This document shows, in pieces, positions 54,762-63,775 of a stretch of DNA of 64,000 bases. The translations under genes and the position numbers were made by a program. The DNA lies in contig JADJQY010000042.1 in the NCBI GenBank assembly GCA_016712505.1, positions 269,809 to 333,808 of the forward strand, written 5' to 3'. Below the pieces are notes generated by a model that saw only the letters and a list, made by a program, of their open reading frames with translations, had not been told where the DNA came from and made no database searches. The stretch comes from Candidatus Eiseniibacteriota bacterium (lineage in GTDB: Bacteria > Eisenbacteria > RBG-16-71-46 > CAIMUX01). Numbering within the stretch: position 1 is the stretch's first letter; every line of letters starts with the position of its first letter.

Positions 54762-57700
54762 TCAGAGGCCGGCAGCGGCCTTGCGCAGGATTCGCGCGTT
54801 GTGCGGGACCACGCGAAGGAAGCGCTCCCGCGCTGCAGCGTCGCCGATCGCATCGGCCTGCCGCATCAACTCCGCCCGCGCCTCCGCCAGTACGGAGGCA
54901 GCGGCGGGATCGCCGGAGGCGGTCAGAGCGTCGAAGATGGCAAGGAGCTGCGCGGGGCGTTCGGTGATATCGCCCGGCTCGGGGGCGTCGATGGCGGACC
55001 GCAGATCCCGCGCGTGCTCGAGCGCCCGGTCAGTGTCGCCGCGCGCGAGAGCAGTGCGCACCAGTCCTTCCAGCGCCTCCGCCTGCATCCCGGCGTCTTT
55101 CCCCGCGTCGATCCGAGCTTCGGCGAAACTCGATTCCGCAGCCTCGACGTCATGGGCCGCGAGAAGCGCGTGGCCGCGGCCCAGAAGGGCGGTGATGCGG
55201 AACCAGCGATCGCTGGCGGGCAGGAGATCGAGAGCGGCTTGCATCTCCGCGAGCGCAAGCTCGACCTGACCTTCGAAGAGCGCGAGCTGTCCACGGCGTA
55301 CCCGCAGGAGCGGTTCGCTGTGACGATTCCCCAACTGCCGGGAAAGTCGGAAGCCGACGTCGACCGCCTGCCTCCAGGTTTCGATGTCGCCGAGCGTTCG
55401 CGCCATCCCCGCGAGATTGCAGTAGCTGGACAATTCACCGGCGCGGTTCCCGCGCAGGCGATCGTTTTCGAGGCCGGTCTGCACGTAGGCCAGGCCCGCC
55501 GAGAGATCACCGAGCTTCCAGGCAGCGATCGCGGCAGAGGTGACCGCCTGGGAGGGAGGGAGAACCCCTTCCGCCTCAGCCGCGGCCAAGGCCTGGCGCG
55601 CAACCGCATGCGCCTCTTCGGCGCGGCCGTGCGTGCAGAGCGCCCATGCCGAGATAGCATACGCCGCCGCCAACGGGGCGGACTGTCCGCGCGCCTCGGC
55701 GCGGCGGGCCAGCTCGACCACCGATGCGGCCCCCGCCGGATCCGGCGCCGGCTCCCGGAAGATGGCCAGCTCGACGGCCAGCTCCGCGCGGAGCCCATCA
55801 TCGTCGCGCCGCTCCGCGATGGCACGGGCCGCCTCGACGTGCGGGATCGCGAGCTCGGGCCGACGCATCTCCAGATGGCAGCGCATGACGATCTGGTGCA
55901 GGCGGAGCCGGAGCTGCTCATCCGATTCGGAGACCAGCGCCAGCGCACCCGTCGCCAGCCTGTGCTGCTCTTCGAGCCCCATGCGCCCCGCATCTTCGAG
56001 CGCGAGCACATAGTAGTGCCCCGCAGCGTCGGCATTACCCGCGCGATCGTAGTGATCGGCGACCCAGCTCGCGGTCGCCTCGCCACGTTCCGCCGCACCG
56101 GCCGTGTGTTCGGCAACCCGCGCGTGCCACGCCATGCGTTCGCGCTTCAGCAAGCTGTCGTAGGCGACCTCCTGTAGAAGCTGGTGATGGAAGCGCCACT
56201 TCCCCTCTCCGTCCGCGTAGACCAGGCCTCGTTCCTGCAGCGCCGGAAGCAGGCCGGCGGCTCGTGCATCGATTGCGCCCAGATCAACCTCGGAGAAGCG
56301 CGGTCCAAGAATCGAGGCCTGCTGCAGACTTCGCCGCGCCTCTCCGTCGAGACGACTCAACCGGGCCTGTAGAGCACCGGTCAGGGTGACCGGCAGGCGG
56401 GGCAACAGAGGCCCTCCTGATCGGCTCCCCTGCTCACGCTCCTCTTCTGCAAACTCTCGGTGATCGACCAGCATCCCGATCAGCTCTTCCAGGTAGTACG
56501 GATTCCCCTGCGCCCGCGCGAGGAGCTGAGTCAGGGTCTCCTCCGGGACCTGCGTGGTCTGGGCGAGAACACGAGCGGCGAGCTCCCGGCTCTCGGCCTC
56601 ACGGAGCGGAGAAAGCTCCAGCGTGAACGCGGCATCCCGCCGCGACGACCACCCCGGTCGTCGCTCGAGCAGCGATGGGCGGGCGAAGGCCACGACGCAG
56701 AGGGGCAAGTCCGCGTTGGCCAGAAGCCAGAGATCGAGCAGATCGAGGCTCGCATCGTCGGCCCAGTGCAGATCCTCGAGCACCAGGAGCAGAGGCGAAC
56801 CGGCGGTGTAGTTTCGGAGCCAGAGCGTTGCGGCATGAAACGCCCGCTGTCGCAGCAAGCTGCGTTCCGCGCGAAGGGGGCGCACGTGAGGACTGTCTCC
56901 GAAGCCGATGCCGAGCGCATATCCGAGAAGGTGGGCCAGCGCCGCAGGATCGCTCCCCTGCCCGTGGGTCCCGTTCGCGCGGACCCCTTGCCCATGAGGT
57001 CCCTCCGCATCGACCAGAAGCGACTGCGCGTACTCCGACCCGAGCGCCAGTTCCGGAGGAAGTGGCCCCTCTTCCCCCTGCCCATCGAGAGACCGCAACA
57101 CCAGTTCGCGCAGGAGACTGAAGGTCTGCCCCTCGGTTCGCGGCAACGCCGTGGCGAGAAGCACGCGGGTTCCCCGCCCGCGCTGCTCCTCGAGGAACGT
57201 CTCACACAGACGGCTCTTGCCCAGCCCGGCGTCCCCGATCACCGTTACCGCGCGAGCGCGCTTGTGCGCGACGACTGCCTCCACGGCGGCGTGCAAGGTG
57301 GCTAGCTCCCGGCTCCGACCGACCATTGCCGCCCGGTGCGAGGACGGCCCACGCCCTGCGCCTCGCTCCCCCGCGGAGAGCAGGCGTAGGACACGGTAGC
57401 TCTCGAGCGGCGCGTCGAGCCCTTTGACGCGGAGCGGAGGGAGAACGATCGCCTCGACCCCACCGCGGAGCAGTCGATGGGTATCGCGGCTGATCCGCAA
57501 GGTTCCCGCAGCAGCCGCCTGCTCCAGACGGGCGGCGAGATGGACTGTGGCCCCCACCAGGGTCTGCGACTCTTCGACGCCGGAACCGATCGCCACTGGC
57601 CCGGTGTGGAGGCCGGCCCGGACCGCGAAGCCCTCGAATCCGTGCGTACGTCGAACCTCTTCCGCGTGGACAACGGCCGCCTCGAGGATCGCCAGACCGG

Positions 57701-58097
57701 CGGCGACCGCTCGTTCGGCGTCGTCCTCCGCCGGTTCGGGAACACCGAACGCGGCCTTGAGCCCATCCCCGGTGAAGCGGAGCACCGAACCACCCTGCGC
57801 GCGGACGATCTCCGAGAAGCGGCGGAGCGCTCCGTCCAGGACCCGATGGCTCTCCTCGACGTCGAGCGCTCGGACCAACCGCGTCGACTCCACGATGTCG
57901 ACAAAGAGCACGCTCACCTGCCGGAGCCAGGGAGAGTCTTCCGCTCCCTCCAGTCGCGCGAGACGCTGGCGCAACGGCGCGAGCGCGATCTCGAGAACCG
58001 TCGGACTCAAGGTCTCGGCCTGGCCCCGCAAGGCGGCCATCGCGGCGCGGATCTCGCGCGCTTCTTCCAGGGGATCGAGATCCGGCGACATGCTCAT
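54762..58097 (-). CDS. Class III adenylyl/guanylyl cyclase fused to a STAND/AAA ATPase and TPR repeats
   Basis: N-terminal cyclase homology domain (VLFVDIVESTRL...RFTGDGLKAAFG). P-loop VTVIGDAGLGKSRL. A long TPR-like C-terminus. The ATG overlaps the stop of the upstream SulP-cNMP gene (ATGA). Confidence 0.85.
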   Translation of the reverse strand: MSMSPDLDPLEEAREIRAAMAALRGQAETLSPTVLEIALAPLRQRLARLEGAEDSPWLRQVSVLFVDIVESTRLVRALDVEESHRVLDGALRRFSEIVRAQGGSVLRFTGDGLKAAFGVPEPAEDDAERAVAAGLAILEAAVVHAEEVRRTHGFEGFAVRAGLHTGPVAIGSGVEESQTLVGATVHLAARLEQAAAAGTLRISRDTHRLLRGGVEAIVLPPLRVKGLDAPLESYRVLRLLSAGERGAGRGPSSHRAAMVGRSRELATLHAAVEAVVAHKRARAVTVIGDAGLGKSRLCETFLEEQRGRGTRVLLATALPRTEGQTFSLLRELVLRSLDGQGEEGPLPPELALGSEYAQSLLVDAEGPHGQGVRANGTHGQGSDPAALAHLLGYALGIGFGDSPHVRPLRAERSLLRQRAFHAATLWLRNYTAGSPLLLVLEDLHWADDASLDLLDLWLLANADLPLCVVAFARPSLLERRPGWSSRRDAAFTLELSPLREAESRELAARVLAQTTQVPEETLTQLLARAQGNPYYLEELIGMLVDHREFAEEEREQGSRSGGPLLPRLPVTLTGALQARLSRLDGEARRSLQQASILGPRFSEVDLGAIDARAAGLLPALQERGLVYADGEGKWRFHHQLLQEVAYDSLLKRERMAWHARVAEHTAGAAERGEATASWVADHYDRAGNADAAGHYYVLALEDAGRMGLEEQHRLATGALALVSESDEQLRLRLHQIVMRCHLEMRRPELAIPHVEAARAIAERRDDDGLRAELAVELAIFREPAPDPAGAASVVELARRAEARGQSAPLAAAYAISAWALCTHGRAEEAHAVARQALAAAEAEGVLPPSQAVTSAAIAAWKLGDLSAGLAYVQTGLENDRLRGNRAGELSSYCNLAGMARTLGDIETWRQAVDVGFRLSRQLGNRHSEPLLRVRRGQLALFEGQVELALAEMQAALDLLPASDRWFRITALLGRGHALLAAHDVEAAESSFAEARIDAGKDAGMQAEALEGLVRTALARGDTDRALEHARDLRSAIDAPEPGDITERPAQLLAIFDALTASGDPAAASVLAEARAELMRQADAIGDAAARERFLRVVPHNARILRKAAAGL

Positions 58098-60433
58098 CCT
58101 TCCAGCGCGTCCACCACGGTCACGAGGTGCGCGACCCGCGCTGCGAGGCGCTCGGCCACCAGTCGGTGAAGCGCCGCGGCGATCTCCGGCGCCTCGCGCT
58201 CCAACCGAGTCAGTTCTCCCGACGCCAGACGGTAGACCACGGTCTCCTCGTCCGCCACCACCGCCGCGGTGCGGGTCGCTCGGAGGTAGAATCCCACCTC
58301 GCCAAGAACCGCGCCCGGCTCCCGTGAGGTCTCGAGCCGGATCGGCGCCTGACCGGTCTTCTCGCGAAGCGCGCTCAAGGCGCCGGACTCCAGAAAGTAG
58401 AGATCGTCCGCCGGGTCGCCGTGTGTGACTAGCCTGTCACCAGCGCCAAGCACCTTCCGTTCCAGGCACGCCCAGAGCTGATCGGTCGCCCCCCCGCCAA
58501 GCTGACGCGAGAGAAGTTCCCGGAGCGATCGCGGTGTCGTCCACGCAGAGTGTGCCGCCCGAGATTCCCCCATCCGAGATTCCGCCTCCTGCGAGTCTCC
58601 CGCCCGAGATTCCGCCGCCCGAGATTCCACCGCCCGAGATTCCGCCTCGCGCAGAAGCTGGTTCTCACACCATTCGAGCCCGAGGTCGAGGTTGGCGAAC
58701 TGCCGGTACCCTGCCCGCCGCTCGGGCAACGATCCTGCTTCGAACTGCGCGCGCACGCCGCTCGCCGCGTGGGTCAAGACCAGATCCACCTGGTGTCGAG
58801 AGAGGAGGGCGTGCAAGCGCGCGAAGCTCTGCGCGACGCTGCTGTCGACGCCGGTGACCCGACGGCAGTCGAGAATGAGGAAGCGAAGGTCGGGTCCGGG
58901 GGCAGATTCGAGTTGTTCGCGTGCCCGGGCCAGAAGTCGATCCGCGACACCGAAGAAGAGGAACCCTTGCAGCTCGAGCACCCGGATCGCGCCGCCACAC
59001 TTCGACAACTCGCTTCGCTCGGCGGACGAGCGTGAGACGCGGCTTCCGTACCGAACCGCCGACAGATCGTTTCGCACCGGATCGATACGCCCGTAGTTCA
59101 CGGCGAACAGGGCCACCGCGGCGACCAGTCCGCAGATCACCCCGGGGAGGAAGCCGACCAGCACCGTCACACCGACGATCAGGACCACGATCCCGTGATC
59201 CAGCGCGGAGAGGCGCCCCCACGACTGAACGATCCAGTCGCGCGCCATGGAGAGGGCGACGAAGAGGAGGAGCGCACCCAGCACGGCGCGGGGAATGCTC
59301 GCCAGGGCGCTCGCCCCGAAGAGCAGGGTCAGGGTGGCCAGCAGCCCAGCCCAGGCGCCGACCCAACGGGTGCGGGCACCGGCGCGGACATTCATCGCGG
59401 AGAGGCCGAGTTGCTGGTACCCGGGCAACCCTCCGAGGGTACCGCTGGCGAGATTGGCGACGCCCGCGGCCTTGAGTTCGCGATCGAGATCCACCGACCG
59501 ACCCGTGGCCGTCTCGAGCCCCGCGCCGTTCAAGAGAAGTGCGACCGCGGTCACGATCGGCATGGTCGCCATCTCTCCCGCGACGCGCCGCAGCGCGGTC
59601 CAGTCGACTGCAGACCAGTCGATGGCTGCGGGGAGAGGAGCGATCGAGGCCGCTCCGGGAACGCGGAGCAACCATCCCGCGTCGGCCAAGGCCGGCGTCG
59701 TCCAGCCGAGCGCGCGTGCGACGCCATGGAACGTGACGATCCCGACGACGACGGCGGCGAGCATCAGGAGTGGATGGGACGCCCGGCGGCTGAGAAGTAG
59801 CATGACCAGCGCCCAGATCACGGCCGGCGCCCAGCGCAACGGTTCCTGCCCCGCGTTCGATCCAGCCAGCATGATCCCGAACGCCCCCTTCGCCAGCAAC
59901 CACCCCGAGCCTGCCAGCACGCCGCCGATCACCGGGTAGGGAAGGAACCGCACCATTCGCCCGGCACGCCAGTGACCGAGGAGGATCAGCACCACGCCCG
60001 TCCAGACCGTGCCGAGTCCCAGGACCACGGCGACGGTGGAAAAGAGCGCCTCGTCGGAAACCCGGCCGGAGAGCGAAGTCACGACCGCCCCCGACATCGT
60101 TGCCAGGATGGCAACGGGCACACTCTGGGTTCCGCCAACCGTTCCGGGCAGCGACGCGAACAGGCCGATCGCGGTCGTGTTCAGCGCAGTGGCGATCAAC
60201 GCGAGGGCCAACCCTTGGGCAAGGTGAGGAGCAAGAGGTCCGGGGAAGAGCAGAGCGGCGAAGGAGACGGCCATCACGACCGAGACGGTGCCCACGATCA
60301 GGCCGCCCGGGAGGCCGCTCCAGGCTCCGGTCGTCGAACCGTCCAGGGAGGATTCACGCATGTCCCAGGATATCAGATGGGTTGCCGGCGCAGTCCGGCC
60401 GGGGGGCCGCCAGGTCCGACGCCACACGCGCAC
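58094..60433 (-). CDS. SulP/SLC26-family anion transporter with a STAS domain and a C-terminal cyclic-nucleotide-binding domain
   Basis: About 10-12 TM SulP core, a STAS-like segment (LELQGFLFFGVADRL), an (A/G)ESR(A/M) repeat linker, then a cNMP-binding domain (DDLYFLESGALSA...GEVGFY). The alternative start is MRESSL at 60361. Confidence 0.8.
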   Translation of the reverse strand: MRVWRRTWRPPGRTAPATHLISWDMRESSLDGSTTGAWSGLPGGLIVGTVSVVMAVSFAALLFPGPLAPHLAQGLALALIATALNTTAIGLFASLPGTVGGTQSVPVAILATMSGAVVTSLSGRVSDEALFSTVAVVLGLGTVWTGVVLILLGHWRAGRMVRFLPYPVIGGVLAGSGWLLAKGAFGIMLAGSNAGQEPLRWAPAVIWALVMLLLSRRASHPLLMLAAVVVGIVTFHGVARALGWTTPALADAGWLLRVPGAASIAPLPAAIDWSAVDWTALRRVAGEMATMPIVTAVALLLNGAGLETATGRSVDLDRELKAAGVANLASGTLGGLPGYQQLGLSAMNVRAGARTRWVGAWAGLLATLTLLFGASALASIPRAVLGALLLFVALSMARDWIVQSWGRLSALDHGIVVLIVGVTVLVGFLPGVICGLVAAVALFAVNYGRIDPVRNDLSAVRYGSRVSRSSAERSELSKCGGAIRVLELQGFLFFGVADRLLARAREQLESAPGPDLRFLILDCRRVTGVDSSVAQSFARLHALLSRHQVDLVLTHAASGVRAQFEAGSLPERRAGYRQFANLDLGLEWCENQLLREAESRAVESRAAESRAGDSQEAESRMGESRAAHSAWTTPRSLRELLSRQLGGGATDQLWACLERKVLGAGDRLVTHGDPADDLYFLESGALSALREKTGQAPIRLETSREPGAVLGEVGFYLRATRTAAVVADEETVVYRLASGELTRLEREAPEIAAALHRLVAERLAARVAHLVTVVDALEG
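58550..58650. repeat. In-frame 15-bp tandem repeat (~6 units, CCGCCCGAGATTCCG-like) inside the SulP-cNMP gene
   Basis: It encodes the AESRA/GESRM pentapeptide-repeat linker between the STAS and cNMP domains. Confidence 0.7.
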
Positions 60434-60467
60434 CCCTGAGCGAGCGGCGAAAGCGGCACCCGTGGTG

Positions 60468-60489
60468 CAACTCGTCCCGGGACGAGTTG
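60468..60489. repeat. Perfect 22-bp palindrome CAACTCGTCCCGGGACGAGTTG (copy 2 of 2), ~35 bp upstream of the SulP-cNMP start codon
   Basis: Same 20-bp core as at 54473..54492. Confidence 0.7.
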
Positions 60490-60614
60490 TGAGTCGCCAG
60501 CCGGGCTTGCCGGGGAGACGGGAGGAGGTAAAGGTTTGGGTGAAGGCGAGGGTAAAGGTGAGGGTGAGGCTGAAGGAGCGTGGAACTTGCCCGGCTCTCC
60601 GCGACCAAACTCAA

Positions 60615-60640
60615 GTCGACTCTCCCCGGGGAGAGTCGAC
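60615..60640. repeat. Second perfect palindrome GTCGACTCTCCCCGGGGAGAGTCGAC (26 bp)
   Basis: An AT-rich island (60641..60715) abuts it and contains an imperfect AT-rich inverted repeat AGAGTATTACGA...TAATTACTCT. Confidence 0.6.
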
Positions 60641-60847
60641 CATGTTTCGTAATATAATTAGAGTATTACGATTATGATAATTACTCTCATATTGATTGGC
60701 ATCGCCAGCCCCGGCCACGAGGAGTCGCGGGCCGACCCGAAGCCGTAGCGAGGACGTCTATGCCGCACGTCGCCCGAGACCCGGCGCCCGCCGACGGGGG
60801 CCCTGAGCCGAGGTGCACAACCACCCCTTCCGTCCGGCGGTCCCGCA

Positions 60848-62443
60848 TCAACGTCCCGATCCGTCCCGCCGCCGGATCTCCGCCCGCACCGCTTCCAGCT
60901 CCGCGTCGCGTCCTTGCGCGATGTCTTCCACCCTGGGGACCACGAACAGATCAGGCTCAAGCCCGGCATCCGGCCACTTCCCCTGGCGGAACTGTCCGAT
61001 CAAGGGGAGATCGAGCTCGAGGCCGGTGCGCGGCAGGCGCAGGAAGAAAAAGGCCCCGCCGTTGATGCCGCGTTGGTTGCCGCCGGTCGGTTGCCCGACC
61101 AGCAGACCGAGTCGGTTTTGGCGCACCGTCTGCGCGAACTCGAAGGTCGCGGAACTATTGGCGGCACCGACCAGCACCCAGAGCCGGCCGGCGAACCGAG
61201 GAAGCGAGGGAGTGATCACCGCTCCGAGATCGTCATCGGCGTCCCGCCGGAGACGGTAGAAGCGATCGGTCGAATCGATCGCCGCCGCCCCCCAGTCCTT
61301 GAAGCTGGGGTCCCAGGTGTCGAGATACGGAAGCAGGTCGTCGGGCACCCTTCGATACCGCACGAGTCGGGTGACCGCCTGCCGTGGGATCGGCTCGGTC
61401 ACCAGGTGGCTGACCAGCACATCGCCGACGTCGCTTCCTCCTTCGTTGTTCCGCAGATCCACAACCAGATCGGTCGCGCCGCTCGCGACCAGCGACGCGA
61501 AGGTCTGTTCAAGGAACCCCTTCCAGTCCCAGCTGGTGTTGTACAGCACCCAGCTCGGCATGCGCAGATAGCCGATCCGGTCCTCGAGCAGGCGGTACTC
61601 CCAGATCGGCGCCGCGCCGTCCGGACTCGCCTCGCTGGCCCCCTCGTTGGCCGGCTCGTGACCCGCCTCGATCACCGGCAGACGGTCCGTGAACGCCACC
61701 AACGGTACGGTGACCCTCCGCGCCGACAGATCACCTGGCGCGCGGACGAAGAGGGTCACGAGGCTTGCGTTCGCGGGAAAGAAGAGCGGCCAGTAGATGT
61801 CGAACGCCTCGAACCGGCTCGTCCCCTGCACTTCCAGGTCCGCGACCCGCTTCGCATCGTTGTTGCCGTCGGCTCGCGCCACCGTCGTGAGTCGCGCGAG
61901 AATCGTGGCAACTGGCACATCGTTGATCGCCAGGACCTCCGTTCCAGGGAGAATCGACTCCTCGGAGGCGAACGACCGGGTAACGATCATCCGATCCCCC
62001 AGCCAGCGGAAGTAGAACGGGAGCCGCGGCGACCGAAAGAGCGCGGCCGCGACCGACTCCGCCTGATTGAAGAAGTTGGGATAGGTATGACCGCACTTCA
62101 CCTTGGCCGCGAGCAAAGAGAGTCCCAGGTACGCCTGGCCGAGAGTTCGGTCCTGGCCAAACTCCTTCTCCAAGGCGTCGAACGCCGAGTCGATCTGGGC
62201 CGGAGTGTTGTAACGCAGCAAACCCGGATGCAGCGTCTCGTAGGCGCGCCGGAGCACCTGCAGGTCTGCCTTGAGGTCGGTCGACCGCAGCACCGAGTCG
62301 GCCCCACTCGGCGGGACGGACGGAGCAGCGCTGAGCCCGTCGAGCTCGGCGGCCTCCGAGGGCGCGCCGATCCCGCTCGCCAGCAGCAGCAGTACGAGTC
62401 CCGGCAGGCGACCGAGGCGACCAAGGTAATCATTCTTCACGTG
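60848..62443 (-). CDS. S41-family peptidase (tail-specific/C-terminal processing protease-like), secreted
   Basis: S41 fold markers: VDLRNNEGGS (the conserved Ser is the nucleophile) and ...VLVGAANSSATFEFAQ. Signal peptide. The likely GTG start is at 62443. Confidence 0.65.
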   Translation of the reverse strand, partial: HVKNDYLGRLGRLPGLVLLLLASGIGAPSEAAELDGLSAAPSVPPSGADSVLRSTDLKADLQVLRRAYETLHPGLLRYNTPAQIDSAFDALEKEFGQDRTLGQAYLGLSLLAAKVKCGHTYPNFFNQAESVAAALFRSPRLPFYFRWLGDRMIVTRSFASEESILPGTEVLAINDVPVATILARLTTVARADGNNDAKRVADLEVQGTSRFEAFDIYWPLFFPANASLVTLFVRAPGDLSARRVTVPLVAFTDRLPVIEAGHEPANEGASEASPDGAAPIWEYRLLEDRIGYLRMPSWVLYNTSWDWKGFLEQTFASLVASGATDLVVDLRNNEGGSDVGDVLVSHLVTEPIPRQAVTRLVRYRRVPDDLLPYLDTWDPSFKDWGAAAIDSTDRFYRLRRDADDDLGAVITPSLPRFAGRLWVLVGAANSSATFEFAQTVRQNRLGLLVGQPTGGNQRGINGGAFFFLRLPRTGLELDLPLIGQFRQGKWPDAGLEPDLFVVPRVEDIAQGRDAELEAVRAEIRRRDGSGR

Positions 62444-63080
62444 CGGCTCCCAACAGGTCCGTCGCGCGACGCGTGGACACCTCATACCGCAGCTCCGCAA
62501 ACCCCACACCGACCTGCCGGACCGAGACCAGGCGAAGAGGAGGTTCGGTAACCCGCCGCGGGAAGAGCGGCTTCCCAGCCCCCAGGGTCACCGATCCCAC
62601 CTGCAGGATCAACTCGTTCAGCAGTCCTGCATCGTGGAACTGTCCGGCCAGATCCCCGCCTCCGACGATCCAGATGTTCTTGTCCCCTGCCGCGGCGCGC
62701 ATCGCTGCGTGGACCGGCCGCACATCGCCCTGGACGAACGAGATGTTTGCCCCGGGGATCGTCGGCCCAGGGATGGTCGGCCCAGGAATCGTCGGCCCAG
62801 GAATCGTCGGCCCAGGAATCGTAGGCAATGCACGCGTCGAGAAGACCCATGTCGGCTGCGTATAGGGCCACGGCGAGCCCATCTGAGCCGCGATCGTCTC
62901 GGCGTGTCGCAGCATCCACTCGTAGGTCTTCGCTCCCATGGCGAGAGCACCCACCTCGGCGATGAACTCTGGATAGCTCGTGTCGTCCACGTCGCCCAGC
63001 GGAAACAGCCAGTCGAGCGAGTCGTCCTCGGTCGCGATGAAGCCATCGAGGCTGGTCGCGGTGTAGTACTGCGTCTTCAT
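62430..63080 (-). CDS. Dihydrofolate-reductase-like (RibD C-terminal domain family) protein with an inserted (TIPGP)5 repeat
   Basis: RibD_C signature (ATSLDGFIATEDDSLDWLFP...AMGAKTYEWM...IWIVGGGDLAGQF). A 15-bp tandem repeat (62752..62830, GGGCCGACGATTCCT x5) encodes PTIPGPTIPGPTIPGPTIPGPTIPG in a loop. Confidence 0.75.
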   Translation of the reverse strand: MKTQYYTATSLDGFIATEDDSLDWLFPLGDVDDTSYPEFIAEVGALAMGAKTYEWMLRHAETIAAQMGSPWPYTQPTWVFSTRALPTIPGPTIPGPTIPGPTIPGPTIPGANISFVQGDVRPVHAAMRAAAGDKNIWIVGGGDLAGQFHDAGLLNELILQVGSVTLGAGKPLFPRRVTEPPLRLVSVRQVGVGFAELRYEVSTRRATDLLGAAREE

Positions 63081-63116
63081 GCTGGCTCCTGTCGGCCGAC
63101 CCTGCGGATCCGCCTG

Positions 63117-63365
63117 CTAAACGTGGCCGGAGGAACGCCCCCCGGGGTTCGCGCCGGCGCGGGTCGCGCGCCACCGATTGGCATAGGGCAGCGCAAACAG
63201 GTACAACCCCGAGAGGGTCAGAACGAGCAACGGTAGCAGCGGCGCATAGGTCACCCACATCGGCGGCTTCCCCCGGGTCATGGCCACGAAGTTCGCCGCC
63301 ACCGTCACGGTGAAAGCGATCGAGACCCACCGGTGGAACTGACGAATTGCCCGCCCCCTGCTCAT
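63117..63365 (-). CDS. Possible small two-TM membrane protein (82 aa)
   Basis: Its ATG overlaps the stop of the VOC gene (ATGA). Two hydrophobic helices. No homology evidence. Confidence 0.3.
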   Translation of the reverse strand: MSRGRAIRQFHRWVSIAFTVTVAANFVAMTRGKPPMWVTYAPLLPLLVLTLSGLYLFALPYANRWRATRAGANPGGRSSGHV

Positions 63366-63775
63366 CTGCCACCCGCAGTTTGCAGCATCTTCCAGCCGTT
63401 GCCCGACGGATCCCGGAAACCGGCATCGATCGTGCCGTACCGCTCGATCGGCGGTTGCGTGAACTCCACTCCCGCCGCCCGCATCCGGTCGTACGCCCCG
63501 CGGCAATCGTCGACCATGAGCACCAACGGAGGCATCGCTCCCTTGGCCACGATCTCTCGCACCGTCTGTGCCGTCCCCGCGTCGATCACCGGCGGTCCCG
63601 GAAGGAAGAGTCCCAACTGAAACGATGGCTGCTCCGGATGCTGCACCGTGAGCCAGCGGTAGTCCCCGTTCCGTACGTCGGTGTGCGGACGGAACCCCAG
63701 TTTCTGCACATAGAACTCCAGCGCCTCGTCCTGGTCTCGGACGTACAGGCCAACCACTCCCACACCCTGGCTCAT
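63362..63775 (-). CDS. VOC-family (glyoxalase/bleomycin-resistance/dioxygenase) protein
   Basis: Start of the ORF is VGLYVRDQDEALEFYVQKLGF, with a paired betaalphabetabetabeta module organisation. There is a perfect AAGGAGG SD, and its ATG overlaps the upstream gene's stop (ATGA). Confidence 0.7.
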   Translation of the reverse strand: MSQGVGVVGLYVRDQDEALEFYVQKLGFRPHTDVRNGDYRWLTVQHPEQPSFQLGLFLPGPPVIDAGTAQTVREIVAKGAMPPLVLMVDDCRGAYDRMRAAGVEFTQPPIERYGTIDAGFRDPSGNGWKMLQTAGGR

